Positions 48,755 to 59,364 of a stretch of DNA of 64,000 nt are shown one piece after another. Below the pieces are notes generated by a model, which was not told the origin of the DNA, searched no databases, and saw nothing but the letters and a program-made list of their open reading frames with translations. The stretch lies in the NCBI GenBank assembly GCA_030695415.1, contig JAUYQZ010000014.1, forward strand, positions 19,965 through 83,964, given 5' to 3'. The first letter of the stretch is position 1. The number at the start of each line of letters is the position of its first letter. Source of the stretch: Hylemonella sp. Its GTDB lineage: Bacteria; Pseudomonadota; Gammaproteobacteria; Burkholderiales; Burkholderiaceae_C. The position numbers were made by a program, and so were the translations under genes.

Positions 48755-49747
48755 ATGCATCACATCCCCTCAATCTTCAGCCTGAGCCGACGCACCCTGC
48801 TGGCAGCGCTGCTGGTCACCGCTGGCGCCCTGCCAATCGCCCAGGCGCAAAACTGGCCGGCCAAGCCGATCAAGGTCATCGTGAACTTCCCCCCGGGCGG
48901 CGCGGCCGACGTGTTGGCCCGCCTGGTGGCCGCACCGCTGCAGGATGCGCTGGGCCAGCCGGTGGTCATCGAGAACCGCGGCGGCGCGGGCGGCAACATC
49001 GGCGCCGATGCGGTGGCCAAGGCCCCGGCCGACGGCTACACCCTGCTCATGAGTTCGGGCGGCACGCTGTCCATCAATCCGCACCTGTACGCCCGCATGC
49101 CCTTCGATGCAAGCAAGGATCTGGTGCCGGTGGCCGCCGTGGCTCGGGTGGCGGTCTATCTGGTCAGCCGCCCTGAACTGCCGGCGAAAAATGTCACTGA
49201 GTTCGTCGCCCACCTCAAGGCCAATCCCGGCCGGCTGACCTTCGGCTCCCCGGGCACCGGCAGCTCCCCCCACCTCGCGGGCGAGATGCTCAAGTCCATG
49301 ACCGGCACCTTTGCCGTGCACGTGCCTTACCGTGGCGGCGGCCCGGCCCTGCAGGACCTGCTGGGTGGCCAGTTCGATTTCTGGTTCGACCCCGGCGTCG
49401 GCCTGCAGCACGTGCGCAGCGGTCGCCTGAAGCTGCTGGGCGTGGGTAGCACCAAGCGCTCGCCCCTGTTCCCGGACGTCCCCACGCTGAACGAGGCCGG
49501 ACTCAAGGGTTTTGACGCCGACTCCTATTTCGGCCTCTACGCCCCCGCCGGCACCCCGGCCGAGGTGATCGCCCGCGTCAACGCCGAAGTCAACAAGATC
49601 CTGGCAAGCAGCTCGGTGCGCGATCGCATCGTTGGCATCGGCGGCGAAGCCGCTCCGATGGCACCGGCCGCCTTCGGCAGCGTCGTCGCGGCCGACAGCA
49701 AGCGTTACGGCGAGCTGATCAAGGCCCGCAACATCAAGCCCGACTGA
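48755..49747 (+). CDS. Bug/TTT family tricarboxylate-type solute-binding protein
   Basis: PPGGAAD, VIENRGGAGGNIG, HVPYRGG and PDVPTL motifs. Confidence 0.92.
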   Translation: MHHIPSIFSLSRRTLLAALLVTAGALPIAQAQNWPAKPIKVIVNFPPGGAADVLARLVAAPLQDALGQPVVIENRGGAGGNIGADAVAKAPADGYTLLMSSGGTLSINPHLYARMPFDASKDLVPVAAVARVAVYLVSRPELPAKNVTEFVAHLKANPGRLTFGSPGTGSSPHLAGEMLKSMTGTFAVHVPYRGGGPALQDLLGGQFDFWFDPGVGLQHVRSGRLKLLGVGSTKRSPLFPDVPTLNEAGLKGFDADSYFGLYAPAGTPAEVIARVNAEVNKILASSSVRDRIVGIGGEAAPMAPAAFGSVVAADSKRYGELIKARNIKPD

Positions 49748-49762
49748 ACCGGAGCGTTGCCG

Positions 49763-50089
49763 ATGATTGCCGAGATCGTCACCTTCAACAATCCGCCGGG
49801 CGCCACGCGCGAGCAGCTCGTCGAAGGCGCGCTGCACACCGTGGCGCGCTGGCAGGCCAATCCGCAGCTGCAACGCAAGCATTACCTCAGCAGCCTGGAC
49901 CGCCGCCAGGGCATGGGCTTCTACATCTGGCCCTCCATCGAGGCGGCCCGGGCCGGCCACGACGCCGAGTGGATCGCCCAGGCGGAGGCGCGCACCGGAG
50001 GCAAGGTGCACATTGCATACTATGACCTGTTGATGCTGCTGGACAATGCAGCCGGCACCCTCATCCAGCCTCCTCCTTCCACCGATTGA
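49763..50089 (+). CDS. Small dimeric alpha/beta-barrel (YdhR/monooxygenase-like) protein
   Basis: LQRKHYL...GFYIWPSIEAA pattern; GGAG RBS. Confidence 0.65.
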   Translation: MIAEIVTFNNPPGATREQLVEGALHTVARWQANPQLQRKHYLSSLDRRQGMGFYIWPSIEAARAGHDAEWIAQAEARTGGKVHIAYYDLLMLLDNAAGTLIQPPPSTD

Positions 50090-50127
50090 ACAGACCGGGC
50101 CCGGCCCGGCTCCACAACGACTCAAGC

Positions 50128-50571
50128 ATGAACACCAGCCCAGGGCGCTCAGTGATTTACACCGTGCGCGTCGAATTCGGCGACTGCGACCCCGCCCGCA
50201 TCGTCTGGTTTCCCAATTTCTTCCGGTGGATTGACGCCGCCTCTCGCCATTTCTTCATGCAGTGCGGCGTGCCGCCCTGGCACGAGACCGAGCGGGCCAC
50301 CGGCCTGATCGGCACGCCCCTGGTGGACACGCACGCGCGCTTCGTCAAGACCGCCAGCTACGGCGACACCCTGCAGATCCACGTGCACGTGGCCGAGTGG
50401 CGCGACAAGAGCTTCGTGCAACGTCACCAGATCAAGCGCGAGAACGCCGATGGGTCGATCGACCTGATCATGGAATGCGACGAAGTGCGCATCTTTGCCA
50501 CACAGCGTGAGGACGGCAAGGGCATCCGCGCCATCCCCATCCCCGCGGATATCAAGGCCCTGTGCAGCTGA
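50128..50571 (+). CDS. Acyl-CoA thioesterase (4-hydroxybenzoyl-CoA type, hot-dog fold)
   Basis: VEFGDCDPARIVWFPNFFRWID motif. Confidence 0.88.
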   Translation: MNTSPGRSVIYTVRVEFGDCDPARIVWFPNFFRWIDAASRHFFMQCGVPPWHETERATGLIGTPLVDTHARFVKTASYGDTLQIHVHVAEWRDKSFVQRHQIKRENADGSIDLIMECDEVRIFATQREDGKGIRAIPIPADIKALCS

Positions 50572-50575
50572 ATGC

Positions 50576-50603
50576 AAAAGCCGCCTGGTCAGGCGGCTTC
50601 TTT
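50576..50603. terminator. Bidirectional Rho-independent terminator
   Basis: AAAAGCCGCCTG-gt-CAGGCGGCTTCTTT between convergent genes. Confidence 0.75.
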
Positions 50604-50607
50604 CTGA

Positions 50608-51231
50608 TCAGACCCCGGCCAGCACCCGCAGCCCCCCCGGGTCCAGCAGATTGAGCACGCGGCCGGTGCCGCTGATCAGGCTGCGCTCGCGCAGGTGGCG
50701 CAGCACGCGCGACAGCGTCTCCGGAGCAATGCCCAGCTGCGCGGCGATCAGACGCTTGCGCTGCTCCAGCGGCACGGCCAGCTCCCCCTTCTCACCGGTC
50801 TGGGCATGGCGCAGCAGCCACTCGGCACAACGTGCCTCGGCATCCTTGGCCAGGCGGCTCACGGCCAGTTCGGTCTGACGGCGGTGTGCCGTGGCCACGT
50901 CCTGCAAGACGGTGCGCGCCGCCACCGGCATGGCCGCCAGCGACTGGCGAAAACGCGCCAGCGGAATGCGCCGCAACACCACATCCGTCTCGGCCACGGC
51001 ATCGACCACGCTGGGCAAGCCCAGCACAGCGGCGGTGGCTTCCAGCCAGAAAGGGCCCTGGATCTCGCCGAGCTGATGCGACAGGAGCTCGCCTTCCAGC
51101 AGGCCCAGTGCCACGCGACCGGACTCCACGTACATCACCGCGGTGGACGTGCTGCCCCGCTTGAGCAGCACGGCACCCGCGGCCGCCTTGCGGCGTTCGG
51201 CATTGGAGTCCAGGAATTCGGGCAGCAACAT
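50608..51231 (-). CDS. Crp/Fnr family regulator (no N-terminal Fe-S cysteines)
   Basis: cNMP-like domain (MYVESGRV), DAEARCAEWLL, HTH IAAQLGIAPETLSRVL. Confidence 0.88.
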   Translation of the reverse strand: MLLPEFLDSNAERRKAAAGAVLLKRGSTSTAVMYVESGRVALGLLEGELLSHQLGEIQGPFWLEATAAVLGLPSVVDAVAETDVVLRRIPLARFRQSLAAMPVAARTVLQDVATAHRRQTELAVSRLAKDAEARCAEWLLRHAQTGEKGELAVPLEQRKRLIAAQLGIAPETLSRVLRHLRERSLISGTGRVLNLLDPGGLRVLAGV

Positions 51232-51266
51232 GGGAGCCACTGTGCCGCCCCGCCGCCATGCCGGCC

Positions 51267-51280
51267 TTGAGCCAAATCAA
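51267..51280 (-). promoter_or_regulatory. FNR-type box upstream of the Crp/Fnr gene
   Basis: TTGAT-TTGG-CTCAA on the minus strand (1 mismatch to TTGAT-N4-ATCAA), centred ~29.5 bp from a CACAGT -10 (51244-39). Confidence 0.65.
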
Positions 51281-51310
51281 AGACCGAGCACGAAACACGG
51301 CCGGCAAGAC

Positions 51311-52627
51311 CTACAAAACCAGCAGGGCCCGGAAATCGTTCACGTTGGTATGGGTCGGCCCGGTCACCACCAGGTCCCCCAGGGGCTGGAAGTAGCCGTA
51401 AGCGTCGTTGCGGTCCAGGTAGCGCTCGACCTTCATGCCCTGCGCCTGGGCCCGTGCCAGCGTGCCGGGTTCGACCCAGGCGCCGGCGTTCTCTTCCATG
51501 CCGTCGATGCCGTCGGTATCGGCCGCCAGGGCCCAGACACCGGCCTGGCCCTGCAGCGCCAGGGCCAGGCCCAGGCAGAACTCGCCGGCGCGGCCGCCCT
51601 TGCCCCGCTGCTCGCCAGCGGGCACCGGGCGCACCGTCACCGTGGTCTCGCCGCCGCTGAGGATGACGCAGGGTTTGGCAAAAGGCTGGCCATGCTGCGC
51701 CACCGCGCGCGCCAGGGCCGCATGCACCTTGCCCACCTCACGCGACTCGCCCTCCATCTCGTCGCTCAGGACATAGGCCTGCAGGCCGGCGGCACGCGCT
51801 GCGGCTGCCGCCGCCGCCAGCGACTGCTGCGGCGTGGCGATCATGTTGACCTGGTGCCCCAGGAAGATGGAGCTGCCCGGCTTGGGGGTCTCGAGTTCGC
51901 CCTGTTCGAGCGCCGCCAGCACCGGGGCCGGCACCTCAATGCGGTAACGCTTCAGGATGGACAAGGCATCGGCACAGGTGGTGACGTCGGGCACCGTGGG
52001 GCCGCTGGCGATCACCGAGGGGTCGTCGCCCGGTACATCGCTGATGGTCAGCGTCACCACCTGGGCCGGGGCGCAGGCCGCGGCCAGGCGCCCGCCCTTG
52101 ATCCTCGACAGGTGCTTGCGCACGCAGTTCATCTCGCCGATGTTGGCGCCACTGGCCAGCAGCGCCTTGTTGATGCGCTGCTTGTCCTCCAGCGTCAGCC
52201 CCTTGGCCGGCAGCGTGAGCAGGGCCGAACCGCCGCCCGAGATCAGGCAGAGCACCAGGTCATCCTTGGTCAGGCCTTGCACCAGCTGCAGGATGCGCTG
52301 CGAGGCGGCCAGTCCGGCGGCATCGGGCACCGGGTGCGAAGCCTCGATCACTTCGATGCGCTGCGGCAGGCCGGCCGGGCGCGGCGGCGTGTGGTGATAA
52401 CGCGTGACGACCAGGCCCGACAGCGGCGCCTCGGCCGGCCACAAGGCCTCGACCGCCTGCGCCATGGCACCACCCGCCTTGCCGGCGCCGATCACCACGG
52501 TGCGCCCCTTCGGCGGCTTGGGCAGATGGGCGGCGGTGGTGTGCAGGGGCAGGGCGCGCCGCACGGCGGCCTGGTAAAGATGCGTGAGGAACTCGCGCGG
52601 CTGGGTGCGGGGATCGGGGTGGCTCAT
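51311..52627 (-). CDS. Glycerate 2-kinase (MOFRL/TtuD family)
   Basis: GAGKA, EASHPVPD, LISGGGSALL, RKHLSRIKGG, SGGETTV, TDGIDG and GPTHTNVND motifs. Confidence 0.92.
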   Translation of the reverse strand: MSHPDPRTQPREFLTHLYQAAVRRALPLHTTAAHLPKPPKGRTVVIGAGKAGGAMAQAVEALWPAEAPLSGLVVTRYHHTPPRPAGLPQRIEVIEASHPVPDAAGLAASQRILQLVQGLTKDDLVLCLISGGGSALLTLPAKGLTLEDKQRINKALLASGANIGEMNCVRKHLSRIKGGRLAAACAPAQVVTLTISDVPGDDPSVIASGPTVPDVTTCADALSILKRYRIEVPAPVLAALEQGELETPKPGSSIFLGHQVNMIATPQQSLAAAAAAARAAGLQAYVLSDEMEGESREVGKVHAALARAVAQHGQPFAKPCVILSGGETTVTVRPVPAGEQRGKGGRAGEFCLGLALALQGQAGVWALAADTDGIDGMEENAGAWVEPGTLARAQAQGMKVERYLDRNDAYGYFQPLGDLVVTGPTHTNVNDFRALLVL

Positions 52628-52771
52628 TCAATGGGTCTCCAGCCGCCATTGTGACGCCGTAACCCGGCGGTAACCCGCCCGGGCCGCCCCAACCCGCCAG
52701 CAGGACCTGGGCGTGCGGACTAAACTGGGCAGCGCGATAAACACCATCCCCTAAGCAGGAGCGACCCATCC

Positions 52772-53746
52772 ATGACCACTCGCCGCAAGACTCTCCGTTC
52801 TCTGGCAGCCCTCACGACCGCCCTGCTGGGGGGTCTGGCTGCCGCCCAGGGCTTCCCGTCCAAACCGGTCACCCTCGTGGTGCCCAACCCGCCCGGGGGC
52901 TTTGTGGACACCTCGGCGCGCCTGCTCAGCGAGCCGCTGGCGCGTGTGCTGGGCCAGTCGGTCGTGGTGGACAACAAGGGTGGTGGCAGCGGCAATGTGG
53001 CCTATGGCCTGGTGGCGCGCGCCAACCCCGACGGCTACACGCTGCTGACCTCCTACTCGGCCTACCACGTGGGCAACCCGGCGCTCAGCCCCAAGCTGCC
53101 CTGGGCCCAGAAGGACCTGAGCCCGGTGGCGCTGATCACGGTGGCCACCAACGTGATCGCCGTGCATCCGTCGGTGCCGGCCAGCACGCTGCCCGAGTTC
53201 ATAGCCTACCTCAAGGCGAACCCGGGCAAGCTCAGTTATGCCTCCCAGGGCAACGGATCCCTCTCCCACATCGGCACCGAGATGTTCAAGGGCCAGACCC
53301 GCACCAGCATGGTCCATATCCCCTACCGCGGCTCCGGCCCGGCCGTGCAGGACGTGCTCGCCGGCCAGGTGCAGGTCTTCATCACCACGCCGCCTTCGGT
53401 CATGGGCCATATCCAGGCCGGCAAGCTCAAGGGGCTGGCCGTGGCGGGCAAGACGCGCCACCCCGGCATTCCCAACGTGCCCACGGCCGACGAGGCCGGC
53501 CTCAAGGGCTTCGAACTGGAGGCATGGGTCGGCATCTTCGCGCCGGCCGGCACGCCGCCGGACGTGCTCGCCAAGCTGAGCAGCAGCATCAAACAGGCCA
53601 TGGAGCAGCCCGAAACGAAAACCCGCGCCAACGCCGCCGGCATCGAGATCCGCTACCTGCCGCCCGAAGCGCTCGACGCCCTGGTCAAGCGCGAAACCAC
53701 GTTCTGGGCCAAGACCATCCGCGAAGCCGGCATCACGGCGGACTGA
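52772..53746 (+). CDS. Bug/TTT family solute-binding protein
   Basis: PPGGFVD, VDNKGGGSG, HIPYRGSGPA and PNVPT motifs. Confidence 0.92.
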   Translation: MTTRRKTLRSLAALTTALLGGLAAAQGFPSKPVTLVVPNPPGGFVDTSARLLSEPLARVLGQSVVVDNKGGGSGNVAYGLVARANPDGYTLLTSYSAYHVGNPALSPKLPWAQKDLSPVALITVATNVIAVHPSVPASTLPEFIAYLKANPGKLSYASQGNGSLSHIGTEMFKGQTRTSMVHIPYRGSGPAVQDVLAGQVQVFITTPPSVMGHIQAGKLKGLAVAGKTRHPGIPNVPTADEAGLKGFELEAWVGIFAPAGTPPDVLAKLSSSIKQAMEQPETKTRANAAGIEIRYLPPEALDALVKRETTFWAKTIREAGITAD

Positions 53747-53918
53747 GATGGGGCGCGGCCCTGTTGCACGAGGTGCACACATCGTCATGCCGGGGCCCCG
53801 AAACAGGCGTCCGCAGCACAGTCACCCGTAACAAGTGCTCACATTTGTGGCAAAGTAGCTGCATCGACTTTGCAGGCTGGGTCCCGTCGGGATGATGGGG
53901 CCGGCCCGATCCACACCC

Positions 53919-54521
53919 ATGACACAGAATCGTCGTTCCCGCCCTTTCCTGTCCATCGCCCTGGCTCTGCTGCTCACGGCCCTGGTCGTTGGCTGCGCCA
54001 CCGCACCGGCCCCCGTTGCCAGCGTTGCGCCACCGGCCCCGGTGATTGCGCAACCCCAGCAGCAACCGCAGCCGCCGCTGCCCCCCATGGGCCCGGTATC
54101 CAGCGCCGACAGCGTGATCGACTATCGCCTGGACGCGGCCTACCACCTCTACGGCAAGAACAACACCCGTATCTTCAAGGGCGTGATGCCGCACTTCCTG
54201 TACGCCATCGGCGTGCTGGAACTGCAGGTCGACAGCCGCGGCAATCTGCTGGCGCTGACCTGGATGCGCGCGCCCGAGCACGCGCCGGAGGTGATCGCCG
54301 AGATTGAGCGCACGGTGCGCCAGGCCGCCCCCTTCCCGGCGCCGGTGCGCCTGGGGCAAGCCAGCTACATCGAGACCTGGCTGTGGGATGCCAGCGGCAA
54401 CTTCCAGCTGCACACCCTGAGCGAAGGCCAGGGTGCCAAGGGCTCGGTGCGCCGCCCCATACCGCCGAACCCGCAGAACGTGCGGCTGGTCTCCGGCCCT
54501 GCTCCCTCAGCCAACCAGTAA
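53919..54521 (+). CDS. Lipoprotein with Pro-rich linker and TonB-C-like domain
   Basis: Lipobox LVVGC, Pro/Gln-rich linker, VRQAAPFPAP and ETWLWD.SG.FQL.TL motifs. Confidence 0.65.
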   Translation: MTQNRRSRPFLSIALALLLTALVVGCATAPAPVASVAPPAPVIAQPQQQPQPPLPPMGPVSSADSVIDYRLDAAYHLYGKNNTRIFKGVMPHFLYAIGVLELQVDSRGNLLALTWMRAPEHAPEVIAEIERTVRQAAPFPAPVRLGQASYIETWLWDASGNFQLHTLSEGQGAKGSVRRPIPPNPQNVRLVSGPAPSANQ

Positions 54522-54581
54522 TTCACAAACTTGCGGCGACATCGAAACGCTCGGGTCGCGTCGTCGCTGGGTCCGCAGGTT

Positions 54582-55496
54582 TCAGGCCTTGGGCAGGTTG
54601 TCCCACCACCGCTCACCCAGCCGCGACTGCATGAAGGCAATGAATGCCAGCACCTTGCCTGGCACCAGCTTGGGCGAGGGAAAGACGGCATGGATCTCCT
54701 GCTCGGGCAGCACATGGCCCTTGAGCACCTCCACCACATGACCTGACTTCAGCGAGTCGCTGGCCACGTAATGCGGCATGGCCGCAATGCCGAAGCCGTT
54801 GCGCACGGCTGCCAGCACGGCCGACAGGTTGTTGGAGCGCAGACGGCCGGCCACCGGAATGGTCAGGGCGTCACCTTTGGGGGTGGACATGCGCCAGACG
54901 TCGTCGCCCAGCACACTGCTGTAGATCAGGGCCGGGTGCCGGCTCAGGTCGAGCGCCTGCTTCGGGCTGCCGTGCTTGCGCAGGTATTTGGGCGAGGCGA
55001 CCATCAGCCAGGGGTTCATGCCCAGGAAGCGCGCGCCCAGGGTGGAGTCGGCCAACTTGCCCATGCGGATGGCGACGTCGATGCCGTTGGCCACCAGATC
55101 GGAGTAGCGGTCCTCGAAGCTCAGGTCGATCTGCACCTGCGGGTGCTTGGCCATGAACTCCAGCACCAGTGGAGTGACCACGCGCCGCCCGAAAGCCACC
55201 GAGGTTCCCACGCGCAGGAGGCCTTGCGCCTGGGTCTGGCGCAGCCGCACGATGTTGTCGGCCTCGTCCGACTCACGCACGATGATCTTGCACTTCTCGT
55301 AGTACAGCGCCCCCGATTCGGTGACGCTGACGCCGCGCGTGTTGCGATTGAGCAGGCGCACCTTGAGGCGCTCCTCGATCGCCGCGACCAGCTTGGTCAC
55401 GGTGGGTTGGGTGATGGAAAACTCCCGGGCCGCCTTCGAAAAGCTGCCCGTCTCCACCACCCGAACGTAAACCTCCATCCCATGCAATCGATCCAT
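54582..55496 (-). CDS. LysR family regulator divergent from gcl
   Basis: MDRL..ME.YVRVVETGSFSKAAR...TQP HTH. Confidence 0.92.
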   Translation of the reverse strand: MDRLHGMEVYVRVVETGSFSKAAREFSITQPTVTKLVAAIEERLKVRLLNRNTRGVSVTESGALYYEKCKIIVRESDEADNIVRLRQTQAQGLLRVGTSVAFGRRVVTPLVLEFMAKHPQVQIDLSFEDRYSDLVANGIDVAIRMGKLADSTLGARFLGMNPWLMVASPKYLRKHGSPKQALDLSRHPALIYSSVLGDDVWRMSTPKGDALTIPVAGRLRSNNLSAVLAAVRNGFGIAAMPHYVASDSLKSGHVVEVLKGHVLPEQEIHAVFPSPKLVPGKVLAFIAFMQSRLGERWWDNLPKA

Positions 55497-55510
55497 CGCG
55501 CCACCTTGTT

Positions 55511-55527
55511 TATTCCGATATGGAATA
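55511..55527. promoter_or_regulatory. LysR-type operator between the regulator and gcl
   Basis: Palindrome TATTCC-gatat-GGAATA containing T-N11-A. Confidence 0.65.
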
Positions 55528-55613
55528 GATGTTATGGACTCCAGCCGTCTTCCGCAAGTGCCCGGGTTTTTTTACAGTCCGGCATCGCTTTTGATCACTA
55601 AGGAGAACTTGCC

Positions 55614-57404
<1,791 letters not shown>

Positions 57405-57415
57405 TCCGCGACAAT

Positions 57416-57444
57416 GGGAGCCCCCTGCAAGCCGAGGGGCTCCC
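57416..57444 (+). other. Intercistronic stem-loop between gcl and hyi
   Basis: GGGAGCCCC...GGGGCTCCC. Confidence 0.55.
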
Positions 57445-57471
57445 CCAGACAGATCAATGGAGACCGACAAG

Positions 57472-58248
57472 ATGCCCAAATTCGCTGCCAACCTGACCAT
57501 GCTGTTCAACGAAGTGCCCTTCCTGGAGCGCTTCGCGGCAGCCAAGTCGGCCGGCTTCGAGGCGGTGGAATACCTCTTCCCCTACCCTTACGACAAGACC
57601 GAACTGGCCGGCCTGCTCAAGACCCATGGTCTGAAGCAGGTCCTGCACAACTTGCCGGCTGGCAACTGGGACGGCGGCGAGCGCGGCATCGCCTGCCATC
57701 CGGACCGGGTGGAAGAGTTTCGCGCCGGTGTGGACCAGGCGATCGCGTACGCGCAGGCCCTGGGCTGCCCGCAGGTCAACTGCCTGGCCGGCAAGCTGCC
57801 CGCCGGCGTGAGCCGCGAGCAGGCGCAGGCCACCTTCGTGGCCAACCTCAAGTTCGCCGCCGACAAGCTCAAGGCCGCCGGCCTGCGCCTGCTGATCGAG
57901 CCGATCAACAGCTATGACATTCCCGGCTTCTTCCTGAACACCACGGCCCAGGCCGCGGCGGTGCTGGACGCTGTGGGCAGCGACAACCTGTACATCCAGT
58001 ACGACATCTACCATGCCCAGCGCATGGAAGGCGAACTGGCGGCCACGGCCCAGGCCTACCTGCCGCGCATCGGCCACATCCAGCTGGCCGACAACCCCGG
58101 GCGCAACGAGCCGGGCACCGGCGAGATCAACTACCCTTTCCTGTTCCGCCATCTCGACGCCATCGGCTACACCGGCTGGATCGGCTGCGAGTACAAGCCC
58201 CGCACCAAGACGGTCGAGGGCCTGGGCTGGATCAAGACGCTGGCTTAA
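57472..58248 (+). CDS. hyi: Hydroxypyruvate isomerase
   Basis: MPKFAANLTMLF.E, LLIEPIN, YDIYHAQ and HIQLADNPGRNEPGTGEINY motifs. Confidence 0.95.
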   Translation: MPKFAANLTMLFNEVPFLERFAAAKSAGFEAVEYLFPYPYDKTELAGLLKTHGLKQVLHNLPAGNWDGGERGIACHPDRVEEFRAGVDQAIAYAQALGCPQVNCLAGKLPAGVSREQAQATFVANLKFAADKLKAAGLRLLIEPINSYDIPGFFLNTTAQAAAVLDAVGSDNLYIQYDIYHAQRMEGELAATAQAYLPRIGHIQLADNPGRNEPGTGEINYPFLFRHLDAIGYTGWIGCEYKPRTKTVEGLGWIKTLA

Positions 58249-58254
58249 AAAACT

Positions 58255-58306
58255 TCCGTTCAGGCTGAGCCTGTCGAAGCCCTTCGACAGGCTCAGGGCG
58301 AACGGA
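58255..58306. repeat. Short palindromic REP-like unit (CTGAGCCTGTCGAAG type)
   Basis: TCCGTTC-agg-CTGAGCCTGTCGAAG-cc-CTTCGACAGGCTCAG-ggc-GAACGGA. Confidence 0.75.
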
Positions 58307-58323
58307 TCACAAGGAAACTGAAC

Positions 58324-59232
58324 ATGACCAAATCCGGACTGAAATTGGGCTTTGTGGGCCTGGGCATCATGGGCACGCCCATGGTGATGAACCTCATCAA
58401 GGGCGGCCACGTGCTGTTCGTCAACACCCGCAGCAAGGTGCCGCAGGAGCTGGTGGACGCCGGCGCCACCGTGTGCACCTCGCCCGCCGGCGTGGCCGAG
58501 CGCGCCGACATCATCTTCACCATGGTGCCCGACACCCCCGATGTGGAGAAGGTGCTGTTCAGCGATAACGGCATTGCCCAGGGCCTGAAGGGTTCCAAAG
58601 GCAAGGTCGTGGTGGACATGAGCTCCATCGACCCGATCGCCACCAAGGAATACGCCAAGAAGATCAATGCCCTGGGCTGCGACTACGTGGACGCGCCGGT
58701 CTCCGGCGGTGAAGTCGGCGCCAAGGCCGCCTCGCTGACCATCATGGTCGGTGCCGACGAAGCCGTGTTCGAGCGCGTCAAGCCCCTGTTCGAACTGATG
58801 GGCAAGAACATCACGCTGATCGGCGGCAACGGTGCCGGCCAGACCTGCAAGGTGGCCAACCAGATCATCGTGGCCCTGAACATTGCGGCCGTCAGCGAAG
58901 CGCTGGTGTTCGCCTCCAAGGCCGGTGCCGACCCCGCCAAGGTGCGCCAGGCCCTGATGGGCGGCTTCGCGGCCTCGCGCATTCTCGAAGTGCACGGCGA
59001 GCGCATGGTCAAGCGCACCTTCAACCCGGGCTTCCGCATCGCGCTGCACCAGAAGGACCTGAACCTGGCCCTGCAAGGCGCCAAGTCGCTGAAGATGGCC
59101 CTGCCGCAAACCGCCAACGCCGCGCAACTCATGCAGGCCTGCGCCGCCCTGGGCCACGACCAGGCTGACCACTCGGCCCTGGTGAAAGCCATTGAGGCTC
59201 TGGCCAACCACAAGGTCGCGCCCGACGCCTGA
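58324..59232 (+). CDS. glxR: 2-hydroxy-3-oxopropionate (tartronate semialdehyde) reductase
   Basis: GFVGLGIMG.PM, DAPVSGGEVGA, GQTCKVANQ and FNPGFRIALHQKDL motifs; downstream of gcl-hyi. Confidence 0.93.
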   Translation: MTKSGLKLGFVGLGIMGTPMVMNLIKGGHVLFVNTRSKVPQELVDAGATVCTSPAGVAERADIIFTMVPDTPDVEKVLFSDNGIAQGLKGSKGKVVVDMSSIDPIATKEYAKKINALGCDYVDAPVSGGEVGAKAASLTIMVGADEAVFERVKPLFELMGKNITLIGGNGAGQTCKVANQIIVALNIAAVSEALVFASKAGADPAKVRQALMGGFAASRILEVHGERMVKRTFNPGFRIALHQKDLNLALQGAKSLKMALPQTANAAQLMQACAALGHDQADHSALVKAIEALANHKVAPDA

Positions 59233-59270
59233 GTTGTGGCAGGGCAAAGACTCTGCACAGTCACAGGAAC

Positions 59271-59306
59271 AACAGCCCCGGCACACGCAAGTGTGCCGGG
59301 GCTGTT
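59271..59306 (+). terminator. Terminator-like hairpin after glxR
   Basis: Perfect 16-bp stem AACAGCCCCGGCACAC-GCAA-GTGTGCCGGGGCTGTT. Confidence 0.72.
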
Positions 59307-59364
59307 TGCTTGGGGAGCGACGGGGCTATCATGACCGCATCCCCCACCGAGGACCAGCCTGCTC

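Noticed and set aside
53825-53850. CRP-like site (AAATGTGA on the minus strand)
   Set aside because: The second half-site is poor and there is no supporting promoter geometry.
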